Below are positions 31,670-42,591 of a stretch of 64,000 bases of DNA, piece after piece (position 1 is the stretch's first letter; each line of letters starts with the position of its first letter). The notes below the pieces were generated by a model, which saw only the letters and a list, made by a program, of their open reading frames with translations, did no database searches and was not told where the DNA came from. Source of the stretch: Candidatus Bathyarchaeota archaeon. Lineage in GTDB: Archaea > Thermoproteota > Bathyarchaeia > Bathyarchaeales > Bathycorpusculaceae. Where the stretch lies: contig OY970340.1 in the NCBI GenBank assembly GCA_963717465.1, positions 2,432,001 through 2,496,000 on the forward strand, read 5' to 3'. Made by a program: the position numbers and the translations under genes.

Positions 31670-32744
31670 TTGAGTTTCACCCGTCTGAAGATTGAGTTGC
31701 TATGTAAGGGTGCTAAAACAAGGGAAAACATAGAGAAGGGACGCAAGGGTGGTGCAGGCCCAACTGGGGGACAATATTTCATTCTTCCTGATGGGACTTG
31801 TGTAGGGATTCCTGTACGTGCAAAATTTGTGGAAAATTCTCCGTTTTCGCTAATACAGAAAGAGGGAAAATGGTTTATTCTAAAAGGCAAGAAAACCGCT
31901 TGTTGAAGTAAAGCCTATACCAAAACCACCTTTTTACGAAAAGACCACTTCTGATGGCACACCGATGAAGAAAATCGCTGTTCTACACGCAAAAGACACA
32001 TTTGCATCAACGGTCTACTCAAAATGCATTCATTGGCGAAATGGAATGGAATGCAAATTCTGCAGCATTGAGCTTTGGGGAGACGAAAGAATAATACAAA
32101 AAGACCCACAGCAACTTGCCGAGGTTGCCCAAGAAGCATTCAGAGAAGGCTCAGTCAAAAACGTGACATTAACAACTGGGACACCGCCAGGACGCGACAG
32201 GGGCGTTCTGCTTTTAGCCCAAGCAACAAAAGCGATTAATGAGCGCGTAAATATTCCTGTGCATGTGCAGCTTGAGCCCTTGCAAAGCAAGAGTCTTCTG
32301 GAAAAACTTCGCGATGCCGGAGTTGACACCGTAGGAATTCATGTCGAATCGTTTGACAAAAAAATATTTGCTTACATTTGCCCATCAAAATCAAATTTGG
32401 AAGCCTACTTCAGATCCTGGAAAGACGCCGTAGAAGTCTTTGGCAAAGGACAAGTTAGCACGTTTATAATTGCAGGTTTAGGTGAAACCGATGAAAGCAT
32501 CCTAAAAGGTGCAGAAAAAGCTGCCCAAATAGGAGTGGTACCCTATCTGCTTCCCTTGCATCCGACGGCAGGAACCATTTTTGAAAATGCCAAGCCGCCT
32601 TCCTCTAGAAGAATGATTAAACTCTATCGGGAAGTCGCAGAAATACTTCATCAGGTTGGCTTAGACCCTACAAAGAATAAAGCTGGCTGCGTGAAGTGTG
32701 GCGCTTGTTCCGCAGTAAAAGAAGCATACTTGGTTCCTCCCTAA
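31670..32744 (+). CDS. Radical SAM protein (MSMEG_0568-like), frameshift near 31895
   Basis: TTG start after GAGGAG; GRKGGAGP, CIHWRNGMECKFC, C-terminal GCVKCGACS. Confidence 0.8.
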
Positions 32745-32839
32745 CTTTTTGCCCTTGAGGTAGCAGAATTGCTATCAGAAAGGAATATGAGCAACAACAT
32801 GCAATTCGTAACTTGAAGTGCTAAAACGGGAAAATCAAA

Positions 32840-33127
32840 ATGAAAATAAATGTTCATTACATAAGCCTCGTTAAGAACTTCACAAAGAAAAGCCAAGACG
32901 AAATTATATTGGAGAATGGGTCTAAAGTCTCAGATCTACTGGATAAAATCGCATCAAACTATGGTAAACCTTTTACACAGGAAGTTTACGAGCCAGGTCA
33001 AAGAGACATGAAAGCCACATTTGTTACGATGGTTAATGGGGTATTAATGGATCAGCTTAAGGGTGTTGATACGTCCCTTAATGACGGTGACAGCATTATT
33101 ATTATGTCGCTAATGACAGGCGGCTAA
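32840..33127 (+). CDS. MoaD/ThiS/SAMP ubiquitin-like sulfur carrier
   Basis: Beta-grasp pattern (VNG...LNDGD) with C-terminal GG. Confidence 0.9.
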   Translation: MKINVHYISLVKNFTKKSQDEIILENGSKVSDLLDKIASNYGKPFTQEVYEPGQRDMKATFVTMVNGVLMDQLKGVDTSLNDGDSIIIMSLMTGG

Positions 33128-33316
33128 GCAATCTTAAACAAGCAATTTTAGTTTCTAGAAGGACTTTGCCAAATTTTGCTGGCTAATTCTCCAGGGGATA
33201 GGTAACACGTGAAAATCGATCCCCCGTTCGGTCATATCTGTCAAGCAGAAGCAAGAAAAAACTCGGATTATAATTTTTCCTATCAGTTCATTCTCTTCGT
33301 TAATTCTAGTTTATTC

Positions 33317-33883
33317 TTATTTCTTTACCCAAACATGGGTGATTTCCCCAAATACAAATTTGCGATAAACATTTGCTTCTTTGTAAGCATCGTTTATAAA
33401 GTCTTTAGCTTCTTGTGAGTAAAAATCATTGGGATTGGCGGTAGTAAGCGCCGTTAATTTACATTCAATAATTAGTCTGGCTTCTTTGAAAGACATATCT
33501 CCGGAAGGAGTTTGAACACTTGTCAATTCAACTTCTTTCATTTTCTCACTATCTCTTCCTGATTTACTTCCCAAAAAGAGTAATTGTTTCCTGTATTCAT
33601 CCGGGAAGTAAGACATCGTATATGTTTGCTCTTTTTGAATCATTTCAAGCGTATAACGGTCTGCTCGAAGAATACACCAAGTGGTGGGTTTCCTTAAAAG
33701 AATCCCCAAGCCACCCCCACTGGCTGTCATGGAATTATAATGATCTTCCTTGCCCGCAGTAATAATCGAAAAAACTTTTCCTACCAACGTAAATACATTG
33801 TCACATATCTCTTCCGGAGAAATTTGCTTAAATAATTGATCAAAATCCATCTCTTTGACATTTACATGATTTGTTTTTTTCAT
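33317..33883 (-). CDS. Flavin reductase-like protein
   Basis: YNSMTAS, RYTLE, LGSKSGRD..K, FGEI motifs. Confidence 0.85.
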   Translation of the reverse strand: MKKTNHVNVKEMDFDQLFKQISPEEICDNVFTLVGKVFSIITAGKEDHYNSMTASGGGLGILLRKPTTWCILRADRYTLEMIQKEQTYTMSYFPDEYRKQLLFLGSKSGRDSEKMKEVELTSVQTPSGDMSFKEARLIIECKLTALTTANPNDFYSQEAKDFINDAYKEANVYRKFVFGEITHVWVKK

Positions 33884-33965
33884 ATAAACCCCTCATATAA
33901 ATTAAATATTTTATTGGTTAAAAAATAAGAGTAAACAAGGCTTAAAGTAGCGCCATGTTTTGGCG

Positions 33966-34532
33966 TTATTTTTTGACTGCAGCTTCTTCCTTCTTAGCTG
34001 GTGCTTCTTCTTTTTTGACAGGCGCTTCTTCTTTTTTGATCAAAGACTCGTCAAACATGCCTCGTACAGCTTTCTGCCTTGATTTCTGCGCTAACTGCTG
34101 AGCACTGACAAAGCTTAATGCTTCTTCAGGACACCATTTGACGCACTGTGGTTCTTTAAATTCATTATCTGTGCAGTTGTTACAAGTAAACACAACTTTC
34201 TTTTCAGGATGCAACATCATCGCGCCAAATTGGCATGCACTAATGCACCATCCGCAACCGTTGCATTTGTCTTCGTCAACTCGAATTATGCCTGTGCCCT
34301 CTTCTTGACTCAATGCATCGCGTGGGCAAGCTGTAATACATGCTGGTTCGGTGCAATGCCTGCAAGCGACGGCCAGATTTATCAATGGACCAAGTCGCAT
34401 CGCACGAATTCTTGATTTAGAAGGATTAAAAGTCTTATCGTTAGCCATTGAGCAGGCATACTCGCATACTATGCAGCCAATACATTTCTCTGGATCAGCT
34501 GTAACAAATTTTCTGTCTTGGGTTCGCACCAT
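33966..34532 (-). CDS. 4Fe-4S dicluster protein, AOR partner
   Basis: Four Cys clusters; KKEEAP repeat tail. Confidence 0.92.
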   Translation of the reverse strand: MVRTQDRKFVTADPEKCIGCIVCEYACSMANDKTFNPSKSRIRAMRLGPLINLAVACRHCTEPACITACPRDALSQEEGTGIIRVDEDKCNGCGWCISACQFGAMMLHPEKKVVFTCNNCTDNEFKEPQCVKWCPEEALSFVSAQQLAQKSRQKAVRGMFDESLIKKEEAPVKKEEAPAKKEEAAVKK

Positions 34533-34533
34533 T

Positions 34534-36510
34534 CTACTTGCCTCCTTGAGCGACAGCTTGTGCGGGTTGGGCTGCTTGTGATGGAGGAGCAGTTTCTTGA
34601 ACTTGGATTTTTGGTGGCATGGGGGTTTCTTTTATGGCTTTTTCAACGATGGGTATGTATTCGCCTAAGCCTAATTCTTTGAGTTTTTCAGGAGTGGGAA
34701 TTCCCTGAGGTGTCCATCCTCTTGAAGCGTAATAGTCGTCTAATCCAAGCTGCATTTCTTCGTCGTTTACGCAAACACCTTTAGCTGGACCCTCATCTGG
34801 AACTGGGAAATGCTTGATTTTGTATGGCACGTCATCGTATTTTCGTGTGCCTTTGCCTTCACGTATGTTGAATACTCGGGCAAGGTTTTCTATTCTGTCG
34901 CCATCTTTCATCATTTCTTCAACTGTGATAGGTATGCCCGTGGCTAAAGTGTAATAGTTAACGATGTCCTTCCAGCCATCGTAGTATGTGCCTCTGCTGA
35001 ACTTGCAAACGATGAGTGAGTCAATAATGTTATACATGTAGCTTTCATCAGTGATCATTTTGCCTCGTCCTTTCTCAATCTTGAAACGGTTAACTTTGCC
35101 TTTCACATCAGGAGAATAAGCGCCATTTCTTAAGTGACATGCACCACGGAAGGCTACCGAAAATCCCAACGCTGCAGTCTTCAAGGTTCTTAAATCGTAA
35201 CCTGGAAGTTCCAAGCCTTTAATATGACAAGCGTACTTGTACGCATCACCACCAATTATTTCAGCAGCTTTCGCTACGCCTTCAGCTAACGCGCTACCAA
35301 GCCAGCCGTCACGTTGGCCAATCTTGTGGATTATTTGGATTAACGCTTCCGCGTTTCCAAAACGAAGATCAATACCGTCAGTTTGCTCTTTAGTTATAAC
35401 TCCATGTTCGTAACAGTCCATTGCAAAGGCAACAACTACTCCGATAGATATGCCGTCCATGCCATACTCGTTAACGATTCTCATGGCTTCAATTATGGCA
35501 TCTAAACGGTCAATTCCGCATAATGGTCCCATACTCCAGAGACACTCAAATTCCAATCTGGAAGTTGAACCTTTGTATGGTCCTTCTGGAACCTGGGCAA
35601 TGTGGTCACAACGCATGCCGCATGTTGCGCAACCAACAACTTTCTTTACGTAATGCTCGTTTAAGTATTCACCACTCACCCTGTCGGCACCCTCAAAGGT
35701 TGCGTTAGACCAGTTCCTTGTAGCTAAAGCAGAAAGAGAATTTAACACTAGAACATTTTCAGGAGTTCCCAGCGTTTTGTACTTCTTTGTTGCTGGACCC
35801 TTCATACGTTCATGAATCAACTTCACGAAGTCCATGAAGCCAGTCCTATTCGCAACGTTAACGTCATGCGTTCCACGCACTGCAACAGCTTTGAGGTTTT
35901 TTGAGCCCATAACTGCACCCATACCAGAACGCCCAATCGCTCGGAATTCATCGTTAATTATGGCTGCGAATCGGCAGAGTTTTTCGCCTGCTTCACCGAT
36001 GGCTGCAACACGAATGTAAAAGTCGTTTAGTTCCTCACGAATACCTTTGTCCGTATGCTCAATCGTGGCATGCTTTAGGTGTTCAGCATTCATGATCTGG
36101 ACTTTGTCATCATCAATCCAAAGGTAACTGAGCTTGGGAGCTTTACCAGTAATTATAACAGCATCATAACCTGCACGTTTAAGGTCTGGACCGAAGAAGC
36201 CATGCGCTTCAGCATTACCGATACCACCGGTAGCTGGAGACTTAGATACCACAGCGTAACTGTTGCCGCCTGTTGGACCCATGGTCCCGCTAAGCGGACC
36301 TGTTAAATATATAAGTGGATTAGATGGGTCAAAAGCGTCTGCACCTGAAACAGAATTGTCCATCAGAAGCTTTATGCCTAAGCCTATGCCTCCGATGTAG
36401 TTTTTTGCTAATTCTTCAGTTAGAGGTTCGGTTTTCGTTTCCCCTGTTGTTAAGTTAACACGTAAAATTTTTCCTGCGTAAGCAAACATTCCCTTTTGCC
36501 TCGGAATCAC
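34534..36510 (-). CDS. aor: Aldehyde:ferredoxin oxidoreductase (tungsten-pterin family)
   Basis: YAGKILRVNL, GAVMGSKNLKAVAVRG, CATCGMRC, GMDGIS, RGACH motifs. Confidence 0.95.
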   Translation of the reverse strand: MIPRQKGMFAYAGKILRVNLTTGETKTEPLTEELAKNYIGGIGLGIKLLMDNSVSGADAFDPSNPLIYLTGPLSGTMGPTGGNSYAVVSKSPATGGIGNAEAHGFFGPDLKRAGYDAVIITGKAPKLSYLWIDDDKVQIMNAEHLKHATIEHTDKGIREELNDFYIRVAAIGEAGEKLCRFAAIINDEFRAIGRSGMGAVMGSKNLKAVAVRGTHDVNVANRTGFMDFVKLIHERMKGPATKKYKTLGTPENVLVLNSLSALATRNWSNATFEGADRVSGEYLNEHYVKKVVGCATCGMRCDHIAQVPEGPYKGSTSRLEFECLWSMGPLCGIDRLDAIIEAMRIVNEYGMDGISIGVVVAFAMDCYEHGVITKEQTDGIDLRFGNAEALIQIIHKIGQRDGWLGSALAEGVAKAAEIIGGDAYKYACHIKGLELPGYDLRTLKTAALGFSVAFRGACHLRNGAYSPDVKGKVNRFKIEKGRGKMITDESYMYNIIDSLIVCKFSRGTYYDGWKDIVNYYTLATGIPITVEEMMKDGDRIENLARVFNIREGKGTRKYDDVPYKIKHFPVPDEGPAKGVCVNDEEMQLGLDDYYASRGWTPQGIPTPEKLKELGLGEYIPIVEKAIKETPMPPKIQVQETAPPSQAAQPAQAVAQGGK

Positions 36511-36698
36511 TTTTCAAGACGATTAACTTAGTTGGTATATATTAACTTAATTGGTATATATAGCAAAATTTAACGTTTGATTTCGACTTGTTTTTCCATA
36601 CATAACACTTAAAGCCATATTTTTTGACAAGCAAACCCTTGATAAAAATAGCGAAAACTTAAACAAACCGCCTGCAACACTCTCAACAGGCGAAGAAA

Positions 36699-37766
36699 TT
36701 GAATCGAATACACGCTCTAAAACAAGTAGCGTTCAAAAATCGAGAAATAGATAGCATAATAATTTTTAGCAATCCAAATTTAACCTATTTTACGGGTTTT
36801 TCAGGAGCAATGGCTCTACTTATCCCTGAAAGAGGCGATTGCATCCTATACGTTCAAAACGTTAACTTTGCCCAAGCGAAAGAACAGGTCCACGATTTAA
36901 CCGTTGAATTAAGAAAACCCAACGAAAACCTAATGGACAAGATCGTAAAGCAAGCAGCGTCGACCAAGAAAATTGGAGTAGACACGCTTCAGATTGAAAG
37001 TTGGCAACAACTCGCTAGAGCCGCTGGCGGAGAAGAAAAACTGGTGCTTTCAGGAAATCTCGTTCGTGAATTACGTAAAATTAAGGATGGGGAAGAAATC
37101 AGTAGTATTCGTGAAGCTTGCAGGCTAGCTCAAGCCGGGATGCAAGCGGCTTTTGAAACAGTAAAACCAGGCGTGCGGGAAATGGAAGTGGCAACTCAAA
37201 TCGAGTTTGACATGCGCAAGAACGGTTCTTACGGAACTGCTTTTGACACAATCGTTGCTTCAGGCCCAAGTTCAGCTTTTCCACACGGCAGCTGTTCGGA
37301 TAGGGTAATTCAGGAAGGCGACTTTGTAGTTGTTGACTTGGGGGCAACCTACAAGTTTTATCGTTCAGACATGACGCGAACTTTTATAGCGGGAAAAGCT
37401 TCTGAAAAACAAAAGAAAATTTACGATACTGTAATTGATGCTCAGGACAAAGCGTTCAAGGCTTTAAAACCAAATATTACTGGCAAAGAAGTTGACACTG
37501 TTGCTAGACAGTTTATTGAAACGGCCGGTTTTAATGATTATTTTTCACATGGTCTTGGTCATGGAGTAGGTTTGGATATTCATGAACCTCCTACGTTGAG
37601 TCAGGAAGGAAATGAAGTATTGAATGCGGGTAACGTAGTAACGGTTGAACCAGGCATTTACATCCCTGGTTTCGGCGGCGTGAGAATAGAAGACACAGCA
37701 TTAGTAACCAAAGAAGGAGCCGAAAAATTAACCAGCAAATTTTACTCTCTGCAAACGGGCAAATAG
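36699..37766 (+). CDS. Xaa-Pro peptidase (M24B)
   Basis: PHG, DLGA..YRSDMTRT, HGLGHGVGLDIHE, EPGIY..GGVRIED motifs. Confidence 0.95.
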   Translation: MNRIHALKQVAFKNREIDSIIIFSNPNLTYFTGFSGAMALLIPERGDCILYVQNVNFAQAKEQVHDLTVELRKPNENLMDKIVKQAASTKKIGVDTLQIESWQQLARAAGGEEKLVLSGNLVRELRKIKDGEEISSIREACRLAQAGMQAAFETVKPGVREMEVATQIEFDMRKNGSYGTAFDTIVASGPSSAFPHGSCSDRVIQEGDFVVVDLGATYKFYRSDMTRTFIAGKASEKQKKIYDTVIDAQDKAFKALKPNITGKEVDTVARQFIETAGFNDYFSHGLGHGVGLDIHEPPTLSQEGNEVLNAGNVVTVEPGIYIPGFGGVRIEDTALVTKEGAEKLTSKFYSLQTGK

Positions 37767-37927
37767 GGTCATTCAGAGAAGTTGCCTTAAGTTTTGTGAA
37801 GATTTAGGTAAAAACGTAGCGTCTTTAGTCTTAAAGATAAAATCCACATAATCGCTTCTGTTAAGCAGGGTAGCATAGTCTTTTTATAGACTCAATCATT
37901 CTTCACATTCTTAGCTGGAGAAGACAT

Positions 37928-38665
37928 TTGGGACTTCCTGAAAGATTACAGAAATCTATAGAAAAGGCATTTTTTAAAAGTAAATCAACTAAAAGAAGCG
38001 TTTATCTGACGTATGTAATCCTGAACGTTGCCTTGATGCTTCTTTTGTTTTATATTGTTCTTAACACTTTTGTTTATGATTGGACTGGGCAACTTTACCC
38101 TGCAGGTTCAGGTTACCGTTTAGATTGGGTCTTCGGAAGTCTTGACAATGCTATACCGTTTGTTCCTCAAATGGTGATTTTTTACGTTTACCTGTTTTAC
38201 CCAATGGTTATTCTTACGATGCTTTATTTTGCATTTGTAAAATACAAAGAGGGTTATGCTTTAGCATGGTCCTTAGTTGTCATAAACGCTGTCGCAGCGC
38301 TGATTTACATTGTGTTTCCTGTTTCAACATACTGGTACCGCCAAGAACTGCTGGCTAACCCGATGGTGAATAACTTTTGGGCAAGCCAGGTATACTCGAT
38401 TTTTGCCCATGATACATCATTCAATTGCTTTCCCAGTCTCCATGCAGCCATCTCTACGATTTGTTTTTACTCTTGGTTCCGGTACAGCCAAACAAAACCA
38501 TCATTAACAACCAAGGCCATAGCCGCAATCGTCTTTGTTATTGCTACAGGCGTAATATTGTCTACTCTCTTCATAAAGCAGCATTATATTGCTGACGAAA
38601 TTGCGGGCATCGCGCTTGCATACGTGGTTGGTAGACTAACGTTCAATCGCCTATGGAAAAATTAA
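37928..38665 (+). CDS. PAP2/Aur1-like membrane phosphoesterase
   Basis: NCFPSLH and STLFIKQHYIAD motifs. Confidence 0.88.
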   Translation: MGLPERLQKSIEKAFFKSKSTKRSVYLTYVILNVALMLLLFYIVLNTFVYDWTGQLYPAGSGYRLDWVFGSLDNAIPFVPQMVIFYVYLFYPMVILTMLYFAFVKYKEGYALAWSLVVINAVAALIYIVFPVSTYWYRQELLANPMVNNFWASQVYSIFAHDTSFNCFPSLHAAISTICFYSWFRYSQTKPSLTTKAIAAIVFVIATGVILSTLFIKQHYIADEIAGIALAYVVGRLTFNRLWKN

Positions 38666-38697
38666 ACATTACACAGTTTCTTATTTTCGCAACTTTG

Positions 38698-39012
38698 TTA
38701 TTTTTCTCTTTCTACTACGATAGTGCATCTTGTTGCTAAGGCAGCAATGGCTCCGAGTGCTGCAAGCCAAGGAACTAATACAAGGCCTATAACCCCGACA
38801 GTTACAGGAATTTCAAGCAATGTTTTGTCTTCTTCGTCTTTGACGATTATTTGCCTGATGTTTCCTTCGTGTATCAATTGTTTGACTTTCTGAACTAAAT
38901 CATCGGAGGAAACAGAGAAAGTTTCTTCAGTTACGCCTTTCCGAGTGCCACAATATGGACAAAAATTCATTTCATCGGACATCTCTTTACCACATTTATT
39001 ACAGAATGACAT
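38698..39012 (-). CDS. Zinc-ribbon + DUF4342 protein
   Basis: FCNKCG..FCPYCG; LIHEGNIRQIIVK..LLEIPVTVG. Confidence 0.88.
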   Translation of the reverse strand: MSFCNKCGKEMSDEMNFCPYCGTRKGVTEETFSVSSDDLVQKVKQLIHEGNIRQIIVKDEEDKTLLEIPVTVGVIGLVLVPWLAALGAIAALATRCTIVVEREK

Positions 39013-39211
39013 GTAGATTTGTCTCCAATTTATGGGGAAAGTATCTGATTTCTTATACCTTTTGGTTCTTAAAAACGCAAATGCAGACTGCTAATAAAAT
39101 AGTTTAAGCAATCGATAACTTCGAAAATCTTAATGCTTAATTATAACAAACAAGTTATTGAAATTAGGAATCATCAACTAATTTTTGGATTGAAAAAGAG
39201 TTGAATGTCAA

Positions 39212-40369
39212 TTGATGCATGATAATAAAAGGTTAGATAAAAGCGTGGAAAAGTCGGAAAGATACGTTCGTCCAATAAGTGAATTGTGGGAAATGTGGAA
39301 ATCGAGAGTAAAAATGCATATTTACCCATTTAATTACGCCATTTATGAAGATTTAGAACATGTGATGACAAGTCTTACCTCTTATGATAGAGATAAGTGG
39401 GCTGCTGCTTTCAGCTCCATTGCAAAACCGTATGAAGAAAAAGCAATCATAGCGGAAAAATCAGGTGATAAGAATAGCGCCAAAGAAAATTATTTGCGGG
39501 CATATCAATACTACAGGCTTGCTCGATATCCAACTATTAACTCGGATGGCAAAAAGCAAGCATACGAAAAGTCAAAAGAGATGCTCTTTAAAGCTTCACA
39601 GTATTTTGATGTCCCACTCGAACGAGTAGAAATACCCTTCAACGGAAAAAGCAATGAAGGCAACAAGATCATTGCATACCTACGCTTGCCTAAAATGAAT
39701 TTGAACTCTTTTCCTTTGCTCATAACCTGGGGTGGAATCGACGGCTTCAAAGAAGAGCAACTAAATGATCCAGCAGTAGAGCAGGGGATAGCAACTTTAG
39801 CTGTTGATGGGCCAGGAGTCGGTGACTCACCAATCAAAGGCTCAGAAGACGCGGAAAGACTGTTTGGAGCATTGTTCGATTGGGCTGGGCAACAGAAAAG
39901 AATTAATTCTCACAAAATAGGAATTTGGGGATACAGCACAGGAGGCTACTGGGCAGTAAAAGTAGCCATCGTCTACAAAGAAAAAATAGCTTGCGCAGTA
40001 AGTCAAGGCGGACCTGTTCACTACGCGTTTGAAACAGAATGGATCGAAAAGCAAGAAAGAGGAGAATACCCATTCGAATTTTTTGAAACTATCTCCTATG
40101 CCTTCGGAGTGTCAGGTTATGACGAGTGGGTAAAATATGCCCCTAAGCTATCTCTGCTAAGACAAGGCATTTTAGACAAGCCAAATGCACCCCTACTTTT
40201 GGTGAATGGAATACACGATTCCGTGTTCCCAATTAAAGACTATTATCTACTTCTCGAGCATGGAAGCCCTAAATGTGCCAGGTTCTTTGAAGCAGGCCAC
40301 ATGGGATTCACAAAAGACACTTTAGAAATAATAATGAAATGGATAACAGAGAAACTCCAGAAACAATAA
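39212..40369 (+). CDS. Alpha/beta hydrolase (FrsA / dihydroxypseudooxynicotine hydrolase-like)
   Basis: ARYP, GGIDGFKEE, DGPGVG, GYSTGG nucleophile motif, GHMG. Confidence 0.85.
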   Translation: MMHDNKRLDKSVEKSERYVRPISELWEMWKSRVKMHIYPFNYAIYEDLEHVMTSLTSYDRDKWAAAFSSIAKPYEEKAIIAEKSGDKNSAKENYLRAYQYYRLARYPTINSDGKKQAYEKSKEMLFKASQYFDVPLERVEIPFNGKSNEGNKIIAYLRLPKMNLNSFPLLITWGGIDGFKEEQLNDPAVEQGIATLAVDGPGVGDSPIKGSEDAERLFGALFDWAGQQKRINSHKIGIWGYSTGGYWAVKVAIVYKEKIACAVSQGGPVHYAFETEWIEKQERGEYPFEFFETISYAFGVSGYDEWVKYAPKLSLLRQGILDKPNAPLLLVNGIHDSVFPIKDYYLLLEHGSPKCARFFEAGHMGFTKDTLEIIMKWITEKLQKQ

Positions 40370-40525
40370 ATAAAAACTGCTCTGCCTAAAATTAAGTTCA
40401 AAGCCGAACAAAAAAATTTTTAGACAGCGAGTAATGAACAAAAAAAAATAATGCCCCTAAAATTTTTAATGACTAAAATTAATTAATCAAAAACAATGAA
40501 AATGCATGCTTGATAAACTGTTTTT

Positions 40526-41109
40526 CTATACAGTAGCAGTTAGGATTTCGTCTGTAGTTTTAAGCAAACCAATTCGTGAAAAAATGTATTTCAGCGTTGC
40601 TTCATGTTCATCCCTGCTGCCTGAAGCCATTGCATCAACGGCAAAGATTTGATTGTATCCTAGCTGATACGCTTCTCTAGCGGTTGTCTCTACCCCAATG
40701 TTCGTTGATACTCCACATAGAACTATCGTGTCTATGCCTCTTCGCCTAAGTTGTAAATCAAGTTCAGTTCCATAAAACGCTCCCCACTGCCTCTTCGTTA
40801 TAACGATGTCTTTCTCAGTAGGCCTTATTTCATCCATGAATTCTGACCAATCGGCAGGTCTCTGAGTTGAACTCCACGGAACTGGCTGCTCTGTTTTGGG
40901 GTGCAATATATCTTTTCCGTCAGCTGAGGCTACATGAACCAAAAAAACTTTAATTCCAACCTCTCTAAACTTCTTCACGAGTTTTGAAACGGTTTCAACA
41001 ATCTGACTAACTGAGCAAGTTCAAGTTTCCTATTCAACGAAACTATGCCCTTCTGCAAATCTATGACAACAAGCGCTGTCCTGTTCAAATCAAGTTTTAA
41101 ATCAGCCAT
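40526..41109 (-). CDS. Isochorismatase-family hydrolase (YecD-like), frameshifted near 5' end
   Basis: ATG at 41109 gives MADLKLDLNRTALVVIDLQKGIV; downstream KRQWGAFYGT..GVSTNIGVETTAR. Confidence 0.85.
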
Positions 41110-41210
41110 AACAAACCCAAGACAAATGCAGAAATTGATTTATTTAAATTTTTCATAAATTATTATTGTGATTGCATCTCGTGGAATACGGGTCTTATCT
41201 TCCATTTGCA

Positions 41211-42086
41211 TTAGGATTCGGGTTTCTTCTGTTCGTCATTAATTTTTACTTCTCCAATGAAAACATGCTTTCTATTAACAGTTTTAAGGTTTATCTCAAT
41301 CATTTGCTCAGCCTTGTCTCTACCTGAATAAAGCCCTAAAAAGTATTGCAGGCTAAAACCCAAAAGAGCAGGCAACAAAAAGCTATAGTAGCGCGGTTGA
41401 GACCCAATCAAAAAACCGTAAATAACATTAACTAAAGAAAGCACGACAGTTATTCCAAACGCTGCGCCGATCAAGTTGAGTAAAGTAGCTTTGTGAAAAG
41501 GTACTGAATTAACACCTGTAACCTTGAACTTTCTAAAATATGGTGAAACTATAGAGGGCACTATACCAGCGCAGAAAACAAAGAAGACCATGATTGGAAT
41601 AATTTCAAGAGAATACTTAAATGAGCCGATAGAAGTTGGCTTCAAGAAAATATCTAAAGATGTAAGTATAGTTTGAATCGCAGGTGTAGGAATAGCTCGA
41701 AAGGTTATTGGAAACGTTAAATCAAGATAATGAACGTTTAGAGCTATTGCCATAGCCACCAAGAAAACTATTGCTGGCATATAGATGATTGAGGGAAAAT
41801 TAGCAAGATTACGTCTGTTTTCATTGGTCTCTTGCAGTTTTATCAGATGCTTAGAACCGTTAAACTTGGAAAAGAAATCAAAAAGATTTAAAGAAGATTT
41901 GCCGCCAAAACCTATTATAGATACGTATCCGAGCCCAAAAAGCGCCAACCCCCCTATCGCCGTTAAAGAAAAAACAAATAGTGCACCCAATCGGTTGCTC
42001 TGTCTAAACGTCAAGAGCGCAGCTGCCAAATATAAAAGCAGTATTAGGCAGAAAAAGCCACCAATTAGTAATTGTTTTTTGCGCAT
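41211..42086 (-). CDS. Hypothetical multi-pass membrane protein
   Basis: 291-aa ORF, about 6 hydrophobic segments, GGTGA RBS. Confidence 0.7.
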   Translation of the reverse strand: MRKKQLLIGGFFCLILLLYLAAALLTFRQSNRLGALFVFSLTAIGGLALFGLGYVSIIGFGGKSSLNLFDFFSKFNGSKHLIKLQETNENRRNLANFPSIIYMPAIVFLVAMAIALNVHYLDLTFPITFRAIPTPAIQTILTSLDIFLKPTSIGSFKYSLEIIPIMVFFVFCAGIVPSIVSPYFRKFKVTGVNSVPFHKATLLNLIGAAFGITVVLSLVNVIYGFLIGSQPRYYSFLLPALLGFSLQYFLGLYSGRDKAEQMIEINLKTVNRKHVFIGEVKINDEQKKPES

Positions 42087-42591
42087 TTAACTCACCGCAA
42101 AATCTTCCTTTCTACAATACGATCTTGACTTCCCCAGCTTTTCATTCAAGCGTAAATTTGAGCTTCTTAACTTTTCCATAAGACGAGATATATTTAAGAT
42201 TTCACCCAAATTCTTTAAAATTAGAAAGATTAAATGCTGTACTCTGATCATAAATAGTGAGATAGAAAAAGGATGTTTTACGGTAATAGCACATGCTTTT
42301 ACAGAGTAATCTGACCAAAAGAAATTCTAACTCAAAAGTTCTCCCTGCTTTAATAAAGCATAGTCAGTTTTCTGCACTATGTTAAAGGTATGTCTTTTTT
42401 TAGTTTTTCAAGAATTTCCCGGATTGTTGACTCTCTTAGGTTTAGAGTGTCTGAAATGCTTTCGACATCTGCTTTTTGCTCGTCAATGATAAAATGAAGA
42501 ATTCTTTTTTCATCGTGACTTTTTTCTAAAGACTCTTTGAAAGGGTCTCGTCTATCATCAAAAGAGAATTGCAGGCAACGAAAATGAAATA

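Noticed and set aside
31904..31906. TGA ending ORF 31517-31906 as Sec
   Set aside because: Removing one A from the preceding run restores a continuous frame into 31965-32744.
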